Origin: Candidatus Bathyarchaeota archaeon
GTDB taxonomy: Archaea > Thermoproteota > Bathyarchaeia > Bathyarchaeales > Bathycorpusculaceae
DNA: 64,000 nt
NCBI GenBank assembly: GCA_963775685.1
Contig: CAVZJV010000014.1
Span: forward strand, 832,001-896,000
Direction of reading: 5' to 3'
Part shown: positions 19,508 to 29,092 of the stretch, one piece after another
How the letters are laid out: each line of letters starts with the position of its first letter
Numbering within the stretch: position 1 is the stretch's first letter
The notes under the pieces: model-generated
What the model was told of the DNA's origin: nothing
Databases searched by the model: none
Seen by the model: only the letters and a program-made list of their open reading frames with translations
Program-made: the position numbers and the translations under genes

Positions 19508-19903
19508 CTAACGACGGCTTTTTTTAGTACGCCGTTCTAACGCTTCAGCATCAATCTGTTCCAGTAATCTAATTACACGTCTACCCTTGAGGTTTTTCTC
19601 TGACTGAGTTATCGATTCTCTAGATTGGCAAATATCATCTAAAATTATTCCTGTTTCTTCATCCAGAATAACAGGGTAAACTCTGCAGCCGGCTGGTCGG
19701 TCTACATAAACGCTGCATTGACTTTTTTTTAGATTATAGAAGAAACAGTAGCCGTCACGGTTTTTCAGTGTTAGATAACCTCTTTTGCCGTATTTTACGA
19801 ATTGGTCTTGACTAAAGCCTTTCTTTTCTAAACGTTTGACGTCTTTTTTGGAAAGCAGCATTTCGGTTTCTGTGCAGCAGACCCCACAGTTTGAACAATT
19901 CAT
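19508..19903 (-). CDS. YkgJ-family CxxCxxCC cysteine-cluster protein
   Basis: CSNCGVCC, CFFY, CSVYVDRPAGCRVYP. Confidence 0.9.
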   Translation of the reverse strand: MNCSNCGVCCTETEMLLSKKDVKRLEKKGFSQDQFVKYGKRGYLTLKNRDGYCFFYNLKKSQCSVYVDRPAGCRVYPVILDEETGIILDDICQSRESITQSEKNLKGRRVIRLLEQIDAEALERRTKKSRR

Positions 19904-19959
19904 AAACCTGACATGTTTTGGCAGCTATTTGTTTTTATCCTTAGTATAATTGAACTTTT

Positions 19960-20199
19960 TCAAGCAAAGTTTTTCATAAGGTTAATGTTCAGCAATTCTG
20001 CCCACGCTATATTTTTTAGTGGCACACACGTGGCTCTTCGGTTGCCTAGTGAAGCGTACTCAATTAAGTTGTTGTTTTTTCCGGCACCCTTATGGAGTTT
20101 TGTTAATTGAACGTTTACTATTACTGCGCCATCTTTTAGATGGAGGTTAACATTTCTGCCGATAAACGATCTGGCGCTGTTTGAGCTGAAACTCTCCAT
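19960..20199 (-). CDS. Small hypothetical protein, possibly Sm/LSm-like fold
   Basis: FIGRNVNLHLKDGAVIVNV...VPLKNIAWAE; ATG at 20199 follows GGAGTGGTGA. Confidence 0.6.
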   Translation of the reverse strand: MESFSSNSARSFIGRNVNLHLKDGAVIVNVQLTKLHKGAGKNNNLIEYASLGNRRATCVPLKNIAWAELLNINLMKNFA

Positions 20200-20201
20200 C
20201 T

Positions 20202-20339
20202 TCACCACTCCACCTCTTGGTCGGCGATCTTGCCCCAGCACTGTTGGCATATGGGTAAGTTTTCGCCTCTTATTTGGATGTAGAGTTTGATGTTTTCGCT
20301 TTTGCAGTTATCGCTCCAGGGGTTTTTACAATGTTCCAT
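20202..20339 (-). CDS. Small four-cysteine (Zn-finger-like) protein, 45 aa
   Basis: MEHCKNPWSDNCKSENIKLYIQIRGENLPICQQCWGKIADQEVEW; stop is 2 nt before the next ATG. Confidence 0.65.
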   Translation of the reverse strand: MEHCKNPWSDNCKSENIKLYIQIRGENLPICQQCWGKIADQEVEW

Positions 20340-20462
20340 TCTTTTTGCCTCAAGGCACTTCTCTTGTGTTTTTTGCTTTTAAGGTGGGTGCTGAAGCGCA
20401 TGTTTGTATCTGGGGAGAGGTGGGTGAAAGTGAAACTTTATTACTATTAGTTTTCGATTGAT

Positions 20463-20921
20463 TTGATTATGGCTTTCTTAAACAATAGTGTTGGACTCAT
20501 CATCACAGCTAACTTGGTAATCCAAATAGTTGTTTTATTTTTGCTCACTTATGGTTACGTTTTGAAACGAAAGTTAAGGTTCCGACACCACGGTATTGTG
20601 ATGTCTACAGCGCTTATTTTGCATTTAATAATGGTTGTTTTCATCATGATTCCTTCATTTGTTTTTGCAGTTATTCCAGAATACATTGTTCCTACTCCTT
20701 TAACTGCTACATCGGTTGTCGCTCTAATTCACGGCATTCTTGGATCCGTTGCCTTATTGCTTGGTACTTGGATTGTTGCCTCGTGGTGGTTCCGCAAAAA
20801 TATCCAAGGATGCATAAGCAGGAAAAAAATTATGCTAAAAATCCTAACAGTTTGGGTTTTCTCACTTGTCATTGGAATAATTCTCTACGCAATCTTCATT
20901 GGACCAGTTTTAAATGGTTAA
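20463..20921 (+). CDS. Four-TM membrane protein (DUF420-like)
   Basis: Four hydrophobic segments with HHGIVM, LHL and IHGILG histidines. Confidence 0.7.
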   Translation: MIMAFLNNSVGLIITANLVIQIVVLFLLTYGYVLKRKLRFRHHGIVMSTALILHLIMVVFIMIPSFVFAVIPEYIVPTPLTATSVVALIHGILGSVALLLGTWIVASWWFRKNIQGCISRKKIMLKILTVWVFSLVIGIILYAIFIGPVLNG

Positions 20922-21529
20922 AGCTCGATTATTTGCGGCGTGAGGGTTTCCCTGGTGACTTTGAGCAGCCCAACTGAAGGTCTAGTTATCAGTGAAATTG
21001 GATCCGTTGGGCTACCCGGGTTAAAATAAAGGATTTTGCCTTCCCATTTGATGTCTGCAGCATGAGTGTGTCCATAAACGAGAACGTCAAAATTAGCTTT
21101 TTCCTGCAACTTATCTGATCCAAATAGGTTGCTTTGGTCATGGATTACTCCTATTTTCCATTCAAAAAGCTTCAATGAATTAAATTTTGGGAGTGCATTC
21201 GTGACTTCTAAGCCATCCATGTTACCTTGGATAGCCAAAACAGGTGCAATCTGCTCCAACTCATCAACCACTGCCAACTCAACCAAGTCGCCAGCATGAA
21301 TGATGTAGTCTACGTTTTCGAAGATTTCAAAGACTCGTTTGGGAAGGCATCTTGCTCTTTTGGGCACGTGTGTATCGGAGATTAAGCCGATAGTTTTAAC
21401 GGGTTTAAGGTTTAGGGGTTCTTTTTTTATTAAGGCTTGTCCACCGAGCATTTTGGGTTGCCTCTCTAGCAGGATAGCACCACGATAGCATAGAAAGTTA
21501 ACAATAAAAATTAGACTGTCTAAAAACAT
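20918..21529 (-). CDS. YfcE/MJ0936-family metallophosphoesterase (true start likely downstream)
   Basis: ISDTH, HAGD, GNMD, GHTH and NPGS. Confidence 0.9.
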   Translation of the reverse strand: MFLDSLIFIVNFLCYRGAILLERQPKMLGGQALIKKEPLNLKPVKTIGLISDTHVPKRARCLPKRVFEIFENVDYIIHAGDLVELAVVDELEQIAPVLAIQGNMDGLEVTNALPKFNSLKLFEWKIGVIHDQSNLFGSDKLQEKANFDVLVYGHTHAADIKWEGKILYFNPGSPTDPISLITRPSVGLLKVTRETLTPQIIEL

Positions 21530-21549
21530 AGAAAATATGGAAAAATTGG

Positions 21550-22908
21550 TTAAGTCATGAATCTTTTAACAGTCTCATAGAAGATGCTTGTTCCAAAAAC
21601 AAGGTTTTCCACAGTTATCCGCTCATCGATGCCATGCATGCGTTTTTCTAATTCATCGTTGGGTTCATCGGGTCGCATCGGGTGGAAACCATAGCATACG
21701 CTGTCTGTTTCCCTAAAGAAGCGCGAATCGGTGCCGCCTGTTGTCAAGGTAGGGGTTACCCCGCAGTTCGGCTCAAAGTCTCTCAGAACATCTGTTATGA
21801 CGGTGTAGAGTGGTGTTTGTGTGGTGGATTCGTTTCCGTCATGCATTTGAATAATTTCAAAACTTAATTTATCCAAACCAACATTCTCTAACAAGACTTT
21901 GAAGATAGCAAGTGTTTGATCAACGCTTTGTCCGGGCAAAACGCGGCAGTCAAAGACTGCTTCACATTCTGAGGGGATGATGTTTTCTTTTACTCCGCCA
22001 TGGATGATTGTTGGTGTGATGGTGGTTTTGATTCTGGGACGGATTTCTTCTGCCAACGCCTTATCTGTTTTGGCTAATTGATCGAGTATTTGTTCGCTTT
22101 GCGTAGGGTTATTTAGTAACCTTGTGAACGATTTGTTTAGCTCCGAGTTCAGCTTTCCTATTTCAGATAGGAACTCCTTGAGGGTTGAAACATACAGGGT
22201 TTCTGGCTGGTAAGAGCTAAGAATGTTTATAACTTTGTTCATGCGCAAAATGGCATTATCAGCCATGTTTGGGGTCGAGCCATGCCCAGGGGTTCCTTTA
22301 GCCTTTATTTTAAACCAGAGAATACCTTTTTCCGCTGTTTGCACTGGATAAACGTTGCCTTTTTTTTGCGGGATAGCTAATCCACCCCCTTCGTTTAGCA
22401 CATAAGGACACCAAACCTTTTCTTTATGGTTCCGCAAAAGGTAGCCTGCACCTTCTTCTCCACCTTTTTCCTCGTCAGCTGTAGCTGCAAGCACAACGTC
22501 TCCTTTTAGAGGGATGTTATTTCTTTTAAGGAACAGGAGGGTTAGAACTTCGACAGCGGTCATGCCTTTCATATCGTAGGCACCTCTGCCGTACACATAG
22601 CCATTTGTTACTATTCCAGCGAACGGATCAACGCTCCATTCAGTTGCATTTGCAGCGACTACATCGATGTGTGAAAGCAACAGCAAGTTGGGTTTCTCGC
22701 CTGAGCCCTTAAGCCGAGATATTACACTGCCTCTACCTGGTACTGATTCGATCACTTCCGTTTTAAAGCCTTCTTTTGATAAATATTGGGCGATAAAGTT
22801 GGCTGCTGCTGTTTCGTTGCCAGGGGGGTTAGTTGTGTTTATGCGGATTAAATCTCTAAGGAAATGGGTAATTTCTTGTTCTATTTCATTTAGGATTGGC
22901 ACGGGCAT
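21550..22908 (-). CDS. M20 family metallopeptidase/amidohydrolase (ArgE/DapE-like)
   Basis: SHIDVV, GRGAYDMKG, ADEE, GHGS, GGTDSRF and HGIDE. Confidence 0.92.
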   Translation of the reverse strand: MPVPILNEIEQEITHFLRDLIRINTTNPPGNETAAANFIAQYLSKEGFKTEVIESVPGRGSVISRLKGSGEKPNLLLLSHIDVVAANATEWSVDPFAGIVTNGYVYGRGAYDMKGMTAVEVLTLLFLKRNNIPLKGDVVLAATADEEKGGEEGAGYLLRNHKEKVWCPYVLNEGGGLAIPQKKGNVYPVQTAEKGILWFKIKAKGTPGHGSTPNMADNAILRMNKVINILSSYQPETLYVSTLKEFLSEIGKLNSELNKSFTRLLNNPTQSEQILDQLAKTDKALAEEIRPRIKTTITPTIIHGGVKENIIPSECEAVFDCRVLPGQSVDQTLAIFKVLLENVGLDKLSFEIIQMHDGNESTTQTPLYTVITDVLRDFEPNCGVTPTLTTGGTDSRFFRETDSVCYGFHPMRPDEPNDELEKRMHGIDERITVENLVFGTSIFYETVKRFMT

Positions 22909-23093
22909 TTTTTGGGCTCCTGCATGTTTAGAAACGGGTTTTTTCTCTTAAGAGTATCTGTTGCTATGTCCTTATTGTACTCGAAGAGATTTTTGATTAT
23001 GCAACAATGATGTTTATATTTCTAAACTAGAATATTACAAAACATATAAGTGATAGAACTGAGAATAGTAGTAATAGAACGATTAGACGAGGA

Positions 23094-24119
23094 ATGAACC
23101 ATGTGCAAACAGATCCAGTGACTCGGTGGAAAAGAAGAATTGGGGAACAGCTGTTTAACCAATACAAGCTGGATTTCCAAACATTCTTAACTCTAAATAA
23201 TATTGCTGATACTTTTGATTTGCTCAAACTCAATTTGCTTGATGCAACTGATTTGGCTGAAGAATTTTTGGATTATATGATCTCCAAAAAATAGAGGTTT
23301 AGCAAAGCATCAAACGCATATACCGCAATTCGAAGTTTTTTAGCCACAACGGAATGAAACTAGGCAAAGTACAAAAGAAATTCCAGTGCCATGCGGAATA
23401 CACCACGGATTATCTATGTTCACAAAAGCAGGTTTAGACCAAATATCGTTTTGCAATCCTCGATGATGTGGCAATTTACATTAAACGGCACTTAGAGGAA
23501 AGACGTTGGGCGGGTGAAGTCTTAACACCTGAAAGCAAGCTATTTAGAACACGACGCATTTCTGGAAAAGAGACATACATTAACCCGATGAATAAGAAAC
23601 TCACCAAGAACCCCTTCCGCATAAACTATAGTGATCCCAGAGTTTTCCCCATAACTCAATGGACTATAAACAACACAATTATTAAAAAAGCTGAAAACTC
23701 GGCTTCCAAAGTTATGTAACTACTAGACTTGAACAGAAATGCGCTCAAGTTCACGGTCACAGCGGCAGAGAATATTTTAAAACTCAAACCCGTAAAGCAA
23801 AGATTGACCCCGATATCAGAGATTTCTTGATTGGACACAAAGTACTTTTGGCGGAGCATACGATAAATTCACAGAGGCTGAGATAACACAAGTCATGGAA
23901 GAAGCAAGATCGTACTTAGCAATTATACCCAATGGCGGAAATGAACTTTAGAAACGCAAACAAAGCATTGAAGATCAAATAAGAATCTTGAAAGGCCTTT
24001 TGACTCCAGAGCAATATGAAGCCTTCAAAGTCTCAGTTATTAAAGCATCCACCGCTAAAGCGCTTCAAACGACTGTAAATAACCGCCTCGTAGAAGTTGG
24101 AACAGGCACAAAATCCTAA
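23094..24119 (+). pseudogene. Heavily degraded tyrosine recombinase/integrase-like gene
   Basis: Fragments AYTAIRSFF-HNGMKLG, ESKLFRT, FPITQWTINN, RFLIGHK..AYDKF; many stops, indels and apparent internal deletions. Confidence 0.55.
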
Positions 24120-24545
24120 TTTACTCTCAGTTTGCATCAACTGAAAATGGCTTACGTGTACAGAATCGCGCAAATTTAGCTCGCCCTCCTTTTATCTAAG
24201 TGATGTTCGGTTTTTTCGAGAAAATTTTGGCGTTAAAATTGTTTTGGGTTTTTATTGACATCATCTTTTAACAATGTGTAATAACTCCATGTTCACCGCA
24301 CCCCACCGCGCGCGCTTTCAACCCCACTCAAACACCAAACCGAAAACCACGAAACAACCCCAAGCAACCAAACAAAATCCAAAACAAAGTCCTTCGCCCC
24401 CGATGGGTCAAAATCTGCGAAAGGGAAGTCGAAATTTACGCTTATTCTACGTAATCTGCTATCAGAGTTTGGTTTTCTAAGTGAATGGGTTAAATGCAGC
24501 GCAAGGGATGTTTTTTATCAACGGGGATGATGTCGCCGTCCCAGC

Positions 24546-24623
24546 CTTAGGGCAAAGCAATTTCTTACTCTTTTGGTTCTTCTCATACCTTATCAGTGTA
24601 TTCTAATTGATGTTTACTAGTTA
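24546..24623. repeat. Dispersed repeat Y, copy 1
   Basis: CTTAGGGC..AG.AATTTCTTACTCTTTTG..TCATAC..TTCT.ATTG.TG..TAGTTAT, shared with 26200-26278. Confidence 0.75.
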
Positions 24624-26066
24624 TAGGATTTCAGAATGAAAAAAATGAATTTGCTCGGCAGGGAGAACTGGCATTTCTATGATGAATTTTGTTCCTTTGC
24701 CATTTTCACTTTCAAACTTAATCGTTCCACCTTGGGCTTCCATGACCCGTTTGCAAACTGCCAAACCGAACCCTTGACCCTTTGATTTAGTCGTAAAAAG
24801 TGGCGTGAAAAGCTTTGGTTTAATCTCTTCAGATATACCAACGCCTGTGTCTTCAAAGCTAATCTTAACCTTTGATGCTTCTTCCTTCGCGCTTATGCTT
24901 AGTTTTCCGCCTTCTGGCATAGCCTGAATGGCATTGGTTATTAAATTTATTAGGACTCTTTTCAGTAAATGAGGGTCCGCGTTTATAATTAAGTTATCTT
25001 GGATTAAAAGTTCAACCTTGATATTGTCTGGAAAATGATTTTCTGCTAATCGGTTCTCAATAAGTTGCTTTAGGTATATTGCTTGCTTCTGCACTTGGAC
25101 GGGTCGAACGAATGTTTGAAGGTCACTTACAATTTTATCCATGTAATTGATTTGTTCTTCAATGTTATTCATGCTTTCTTGCATGTTTGCTTTCAGTTCA
25201 CCCTCAGGTAGTGCTTGCAATTCAGTTCTTACAATGTACAATTCACCAATAATTGATTGCAGTGGATTTCGAAGGTCATGCCCAACCATACCGGCGGTTT
25301 GCCCAATAGCTGCCATGCGTTCTTGTTCTTGAAGTTTTGATGTCATGTTTTTGAGGTTCATTGTCATTTGATTGAAAGAGTTGGAAAGCTCGCCGATTTC
25401 ATCTTTTTTGGCTGTTTTTACGGAGTAGTCAAGATTCCCTGAACCGATTATTTTTATTCCATTTTGAAGACTTAAAATTGATTTTAAAGCCCGTCTGTAC
25501 GTTATCAGATAAGTGGTGAAAAAAAACACTGCGAAAGTAATGAGTAATGACGATATTAGAATTATATTAGACTGATGAGTCTGGTCAGTTTGGTTTCGTA
25601 ATAATTGTGAGAGGTTGGCAGTGTCTATTGAAAGGGTCTGCGTCTTAACACTTAAGTTGCTCCATGCTGATTGAAATTCAGGCAATATTCTTACGTTTTG
25701 GTCTAGAGTTACTGACTGCAAATAAGAGGTTATCCCGTCAAAAGCAGTATCTACAAGTTGAGTATCTACTTCAATAGAGCCTATGTTTTGCTCTTGCGGA
25801 AGGGCTTTCGCTATTTCTGTCAAGTTCCCATAAATAATGTTAATATTTATTTCCCAATTTGTGAGCTGAGAATTATTTCGATGCAAGTAATACTCATTCG
25901 CAATATAACTAAACTTTCCAACTGCGCTTTGGATGTTGCCAGCGATATCTTGTTGATTGGAAAGTTCTGTTGTTCTCTCATTGGTGTAAATAATTGAAGT
26001 ACTGATAATTAGCAAGATAAATGCAAAGATAATTAATGTTCCAATCAACTGGGACTTAATTTTCAT
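24621..26066 (-). CDS. Membrane sensor histidine kinase (2 TM, HAMP, HisKA, HATPase)
   Basis: DEIGELSNSFNQM HAMP; GHDLRNPL; NLITNAIQAM; DTGVG; GQGFGL. Confidence 0.92.
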   Translation of the reverse strand: MKIKSQLIGTLIIFAFILLIISTSIIYTNERTTELSNQQDIAGNIQSAVGKFSYIANEYYLHRNNSQLTNWEININIIYGNLTEIAKALPQEQNIGSIEVDTQLVDTAFDGITSYLQSVTLDQNVRILPEFQSAWSNLSVKTQTLSIDTANLSQLLRNQTDQTHQSNIILISSLLITFAVFFFTTYLITYRRALKSILSLQNGIKIIGSGNLDYSVKTAKKDEIGELSNSFNQMTMNLKNMTSKLQEQERMAAIGQTAGMVGHDLRNPLQSIIGELYIVRTELQALPEGELKANMQESMNNIEEQINYMDKIVSDLQTFVRPVQVQKQAIYLKQLIENRLAENHFPDNIKVELLIQDNLIINADPHLLKRVLINLITNAIQAMPEGGKLSISAKEEASKVKISFEDTGVGISEEIKPKLFTPLFTTKSKGQGFGLAVCKRVMEAQGGTIKFESENGKGTKFIIEMPVLPAEQIHFFHSEIL

Positions 26067-26152
26067 GCTATTCAGATATTGCTTACTATCTCTTCGATTA
26101 TTTAAGCAGATGTCACTTTTTCGTTTTCTTTGATGACCAAATTGTTGTGAAG

Positions 26153-26186
26153 AAACAGAGTTCTCAGATGCGGAGAGGGTGCCCTT
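26153..26186. repeat. Dispersed repeat X, copy 1
   Basis: AAACAGAGTTCTCAGATGCGGAGAGGGTGCCCTT; 28/34 identical to 26828-26861 by manual alignment. Confidence 0.7.
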
Positions 26187-26199
26187 TAGAGCACTATTT

Positions 26200-26278
26200 C
26201 TTAGGGCTTAGTAATTTCTTACTCTTTTGTATTTTATTCATACTTAAACCCTAAGTTCTTATTGTTGCTGATAGTTAT
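26200..26278. repeat. Dispersed repeat Y, copy 2
   Basis: Shares the exact 17-mer AATTTCTTACTCTTTTG and flanking blocks with 24546-24623. Confidence 0.75.
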
Positions 26279-26432
26279 GTTTTTTTTAATTTACCGTCTA
26301 TGGCGCAATAATTGCTCATTGGTTCTAGACTTTAAATTTAGACGCTTGTCTACTAAAATGGTGGGAACACTTATCATTCGGTTTAAACATATGACTAATT
26401 AGATAACAAATCCGATCCTAGGGTGTTGTTTA

Positions 26433-26915
26433 ATGGACGAGAGTTGTAGGGGCTGCGTTTATTTTGAGGATCGTAGGTGTATAGATAAGGTGGCATTCTG
26501 CGCAATGCTTCACGGACCATCATCGGTTTGCTGCCTAGAATTTGAACCGTGTAATGGGAAAATTGATGAAATCAAATTAGAAAATAAATTTTGTGTAGAC
26601 TGTGCTCATTATGAAAACATTCTTGGCATTTCTATCTGCAGTAGAGCTCATAAACCTGGCATCGCTTGTCCCGCGTTCAGAAAAAAAGCGAGGCTATGGA
26701 GATTACAACTCAAAAGCGCGACATTATGTTCAAGACTTCTCTTATCCGATATGGACGAAGGAAAAGAAAAAAGAGAACCTTTCAATCATACGATGGCAAA
26801 CTCAAAATTGCTTTTTTGTTTATGCAAAAACAGAGTCCTTGGGTGCGAGGAGGGTGCCCTTATGGAGGTGTACTCGCCACCTGAGGTGTTTTTGCAAAAG
26901 AGTTGTTTCATTTGA
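26433..26915 (+). CDS. Cysteine-rich protein with an internally duplicated CxxC module (3' part probably spurious)
   Basis: CRGCVYFE..FC..CCLEF and CVDCAHYE..IC..ACPAF; the tail reads through repeat X copy 2. Confidence 0.55.
   Translation: MDESCRGCVYFEDRRCIDKVAFCAMLHGPSSVCCLEFEPCNGKIDEIKLENKFCVDCAHYENILGISICSRAHKPGIACPAFRKKARLWRLQLKSATLCSRLLLSDMDEGKEKREPFNHTMANSKLLFCLCKNRVLGCEEGALMEVYSPPEVFLQKSCFI
26828..26861. repeat. Dispersed repeat X, copy 2
   Basis: AAACAGAGTCCTTGGGTGCGAGGAGGGTGCCCTT. Confidence 0.7.
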
Positions 26916-26946
26916 TTGTTAGTGCTATCTTGATAGGAGTTTAAAA

Positions 26947-27150
26947 TCATGATAGCGCTGTTTTAAGAAAACCGGCTAGATCTAATGTCTCAATTTCAGA
27001 GCCACAATGTTCACAGGTTTTTAATGATTTTAATGATGTCTTATCGTTTACCTTCAGAGTCCCACTGCAGTGAGGACAACGATATACGGCAACTATTCCA
27101 CCATCCTTGATTTGTTTTAACAAATCATTTAGGTTGATAGAGACATCAGT
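26947..27150 (-). pseudogene. C-terminal Zn-ribbon fragment of a larger protein
   Basis: VSINLNDLLKQIKDGGIVAVYRCPHCSGTLKV..TCEHCGSEIETLDLAGFLKTALS* with no in-frame start. Confidence 0.55.
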
Positions 27151-27217
27151 ATGTTTACGACAACCTGCCTATCATTTACTCTAAGTACTTTTGCTTTGTC
27201 ATACATTTTTATTTTTT

Positions 27218-27520
27218 TCATATATTTCTGCTGCATTCTGGGCCCATAAAGAACATAATGACGTAAGCATTTTCTTTTCCTTCAGCATCCAAGGGTGTTG
27301 GGCATGTTTCAACTTTTAAAATATCAGCCATATGTGCACATTCTTGGCAAGCAAAATGAAAATGATCACTTAAATCCCAAGTGGGTATAAATACAAAATC
27401 GCTATGAGTAAGCGTTTCTTTTACAGATTCGTAAATTGTTTTTGTGTATTTTGGGAAGCTTTTAGGTTTTTTTAGAGGTTTGTTGTAGAAGTCATTTTCT
27501 ATTTACAATATTTTCACCAT
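27218..27520 (-). pseudogene. Hypothetical protein relic with CxxC
   Basis: FIPTWDLSDHFHFACQECAHMADILKVETCP; early in-frame stop. Confidence 0.35.
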
Positions 27521-27635
27521 TGTATTCATAGAATTCATAGATGAGGTATAAGATTTATGAATTAGGAGTCAGTTTTTGGAGAAATTGAGACAAAAATTTA
27601 TAACAGTTCTAATATTACTATGATTAAGATGAAAT

Positions 27636-27863
27636 ATGGAAGTTAAAGTTTGCGAGTGCCCAAAGCCTTTATGCCGATATCGGTGGATTCCACGTGTAGT
27701 GAACGCAGAACCAAAAGAGTGCCCTGCATGCAAGCACAGGTTTACAGCGTCTTGGGGATTGAAGGTTAAATGTTGGAACCAAAAAATCTCCAGCATGGAT
27801 GACCTTAAGCAAATAAAAAGAGAAATTCGAGAATGGAACGACAAAGTTCGTTTCACATCCTAA
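27636..27863 (+). CDS. Small Zn-ribbon protein of a type common in archaeal mobile elements
   Basis: CPKPLCRYRWIPRV..PKECPACKH..W pattern. Confidence 0.6.
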   Translation: MEVKVCECPKPLCRYRWIPRVVNAEPKECPACKHRFTASWGLKVKCWNQKISSMDDLKQIKREIREWNDKVRFTS

Positions 27864-28208
27864 ATCTGTATTATTTCAATTAACAATTTTAGAGAAAGGT
27901 TTTCTGACAGTGGGATAAGGATTTGACTTTTATTAAAATTAGTGTCCAAAGTTGCAAAACAATTTTAGTGGTTGTTCAATGGAGAAGTTAAATTTAAATT
28001 CTGGATTGAAACAGTTGATAATGTTGATAAGAGAAAAGCTCTCAAAAGATTCGTGAAAATAGTGAAATTTTGAAAGGTTTTTTTTGAGTTATTGAACGAT
28101 TCAATTCATTTAATTCCTCATGTGCTTAACCTTCAATTTTGTGTAAAAAGTTTGTCAAGTTTATATATGATGTCAAAAAATGCTATGGATAGCAAAAAAT
28201 CGTAATAG

Positions 28209-28727
28209 TTGATTGTAATGAAAGAGCTAAAACCAATAGATTACAAGATTCTGTTCGAGCTCATGAAGGACTCGCATAGAAGCGATCGGCAACTTGCAAA
28301 AGCCTTAGGTGTTTCTCAGCCAACAGTAACTCGAAGGCGCGCCATGCTGGAAGAAAACTTTATTGAAGGATACACCGTTATCCCCAAATTTGGCCAAATT
28401 GGGTTCGAAATAGCCGCTATAACATTTTTGAAGAGTAAACTAAAATTTGCAACAGGCAAGGAAAAAACTCAAGCATTAATGAAAACAAAAGAATGGTTCA
28501 TGAAGCAAACCAACGTAGTTCTGGCGCTAGACGGCAGAGGCATGGGTTGGGATACTGTTTGCATTTCTCTACATGAAAACTTTGAAAGCTTCGCCGGGTT
28601 TATCAGGGCTCTAGATTCTGAACTTTCCGATTTGGTGGTAGAAAGCCAAACCTTCAATGCTGACTTGAAGGGCGGAATAGTGATTAAGCCATTCCACCTA
28701 AAGTACTTAGCATCAACAAAACAGTAA
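28209..28727 (+). CDS. Lrp/AsnC-family transcriptional regulator
   Basis: DYKILFELMKDSHRSDRQLAKALGVSQPTVTRRR HTH; IEGYTVIP..IGF linker. Confidence 0.9.
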   Translation: MIVMKELKPIDYKILFELMKDSHRSDRQLAKALGVSQPTVTRRRAMLEENFIEGYTVIPKFGQIGFEIAAITFLKSKLKFATGKEKTQALMKTKEWFMKQTNVVLALDGRGMGWDTVCISLHENFESFAGFIRALDSELSDLVVESQTFNADLKGGIVIKPFHLKYLASTKQ

Positions 28728-29092
28728 AAACACCCCCACCTCCCTCTTTACTTTTCTATATTCCTCAAACAACCTTTCTGTAAAACATATTCTCAACTGA
28801 TTATCTATAACTGGTGAATCAAAAGAGCCTTTGGAATTTATTTATCTGCGGTTAATCTTTTTTAGAATCCGTTTTTTGGGCAACTTTGGCTTTTTTGTTC
28901 TCGTTGCTTCAGCAGTCAAAGCAATAACCCCTTCTAAATATGGATGCTATCGAATATAAGGTAATTGACTTGTTTGGAGCGCATGGTTTTCTTTGTTTTC
29001 AGGTTTCAAAGCCAAAATGCTGAGGTAAAAGAATATATCTCTTAACTATTCCTTTTTTTCTTTCGTAATAAATCCCTAAGATAGGCGAAAAT

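Noticed and set aside
24290-24430. C/A-rich tract and hairpin CCTTCGC..GCGAAAGGG as a tRNA/att remnant
   Set aside because: No cloverleaf or canonical T-loop; low-complexity DNA with one isolated stem.
28730-28760. C-rich CCCACC motifs also seen near 20410 and 49870
   Set aside because: Too short and low in complexity to support a repeat family.
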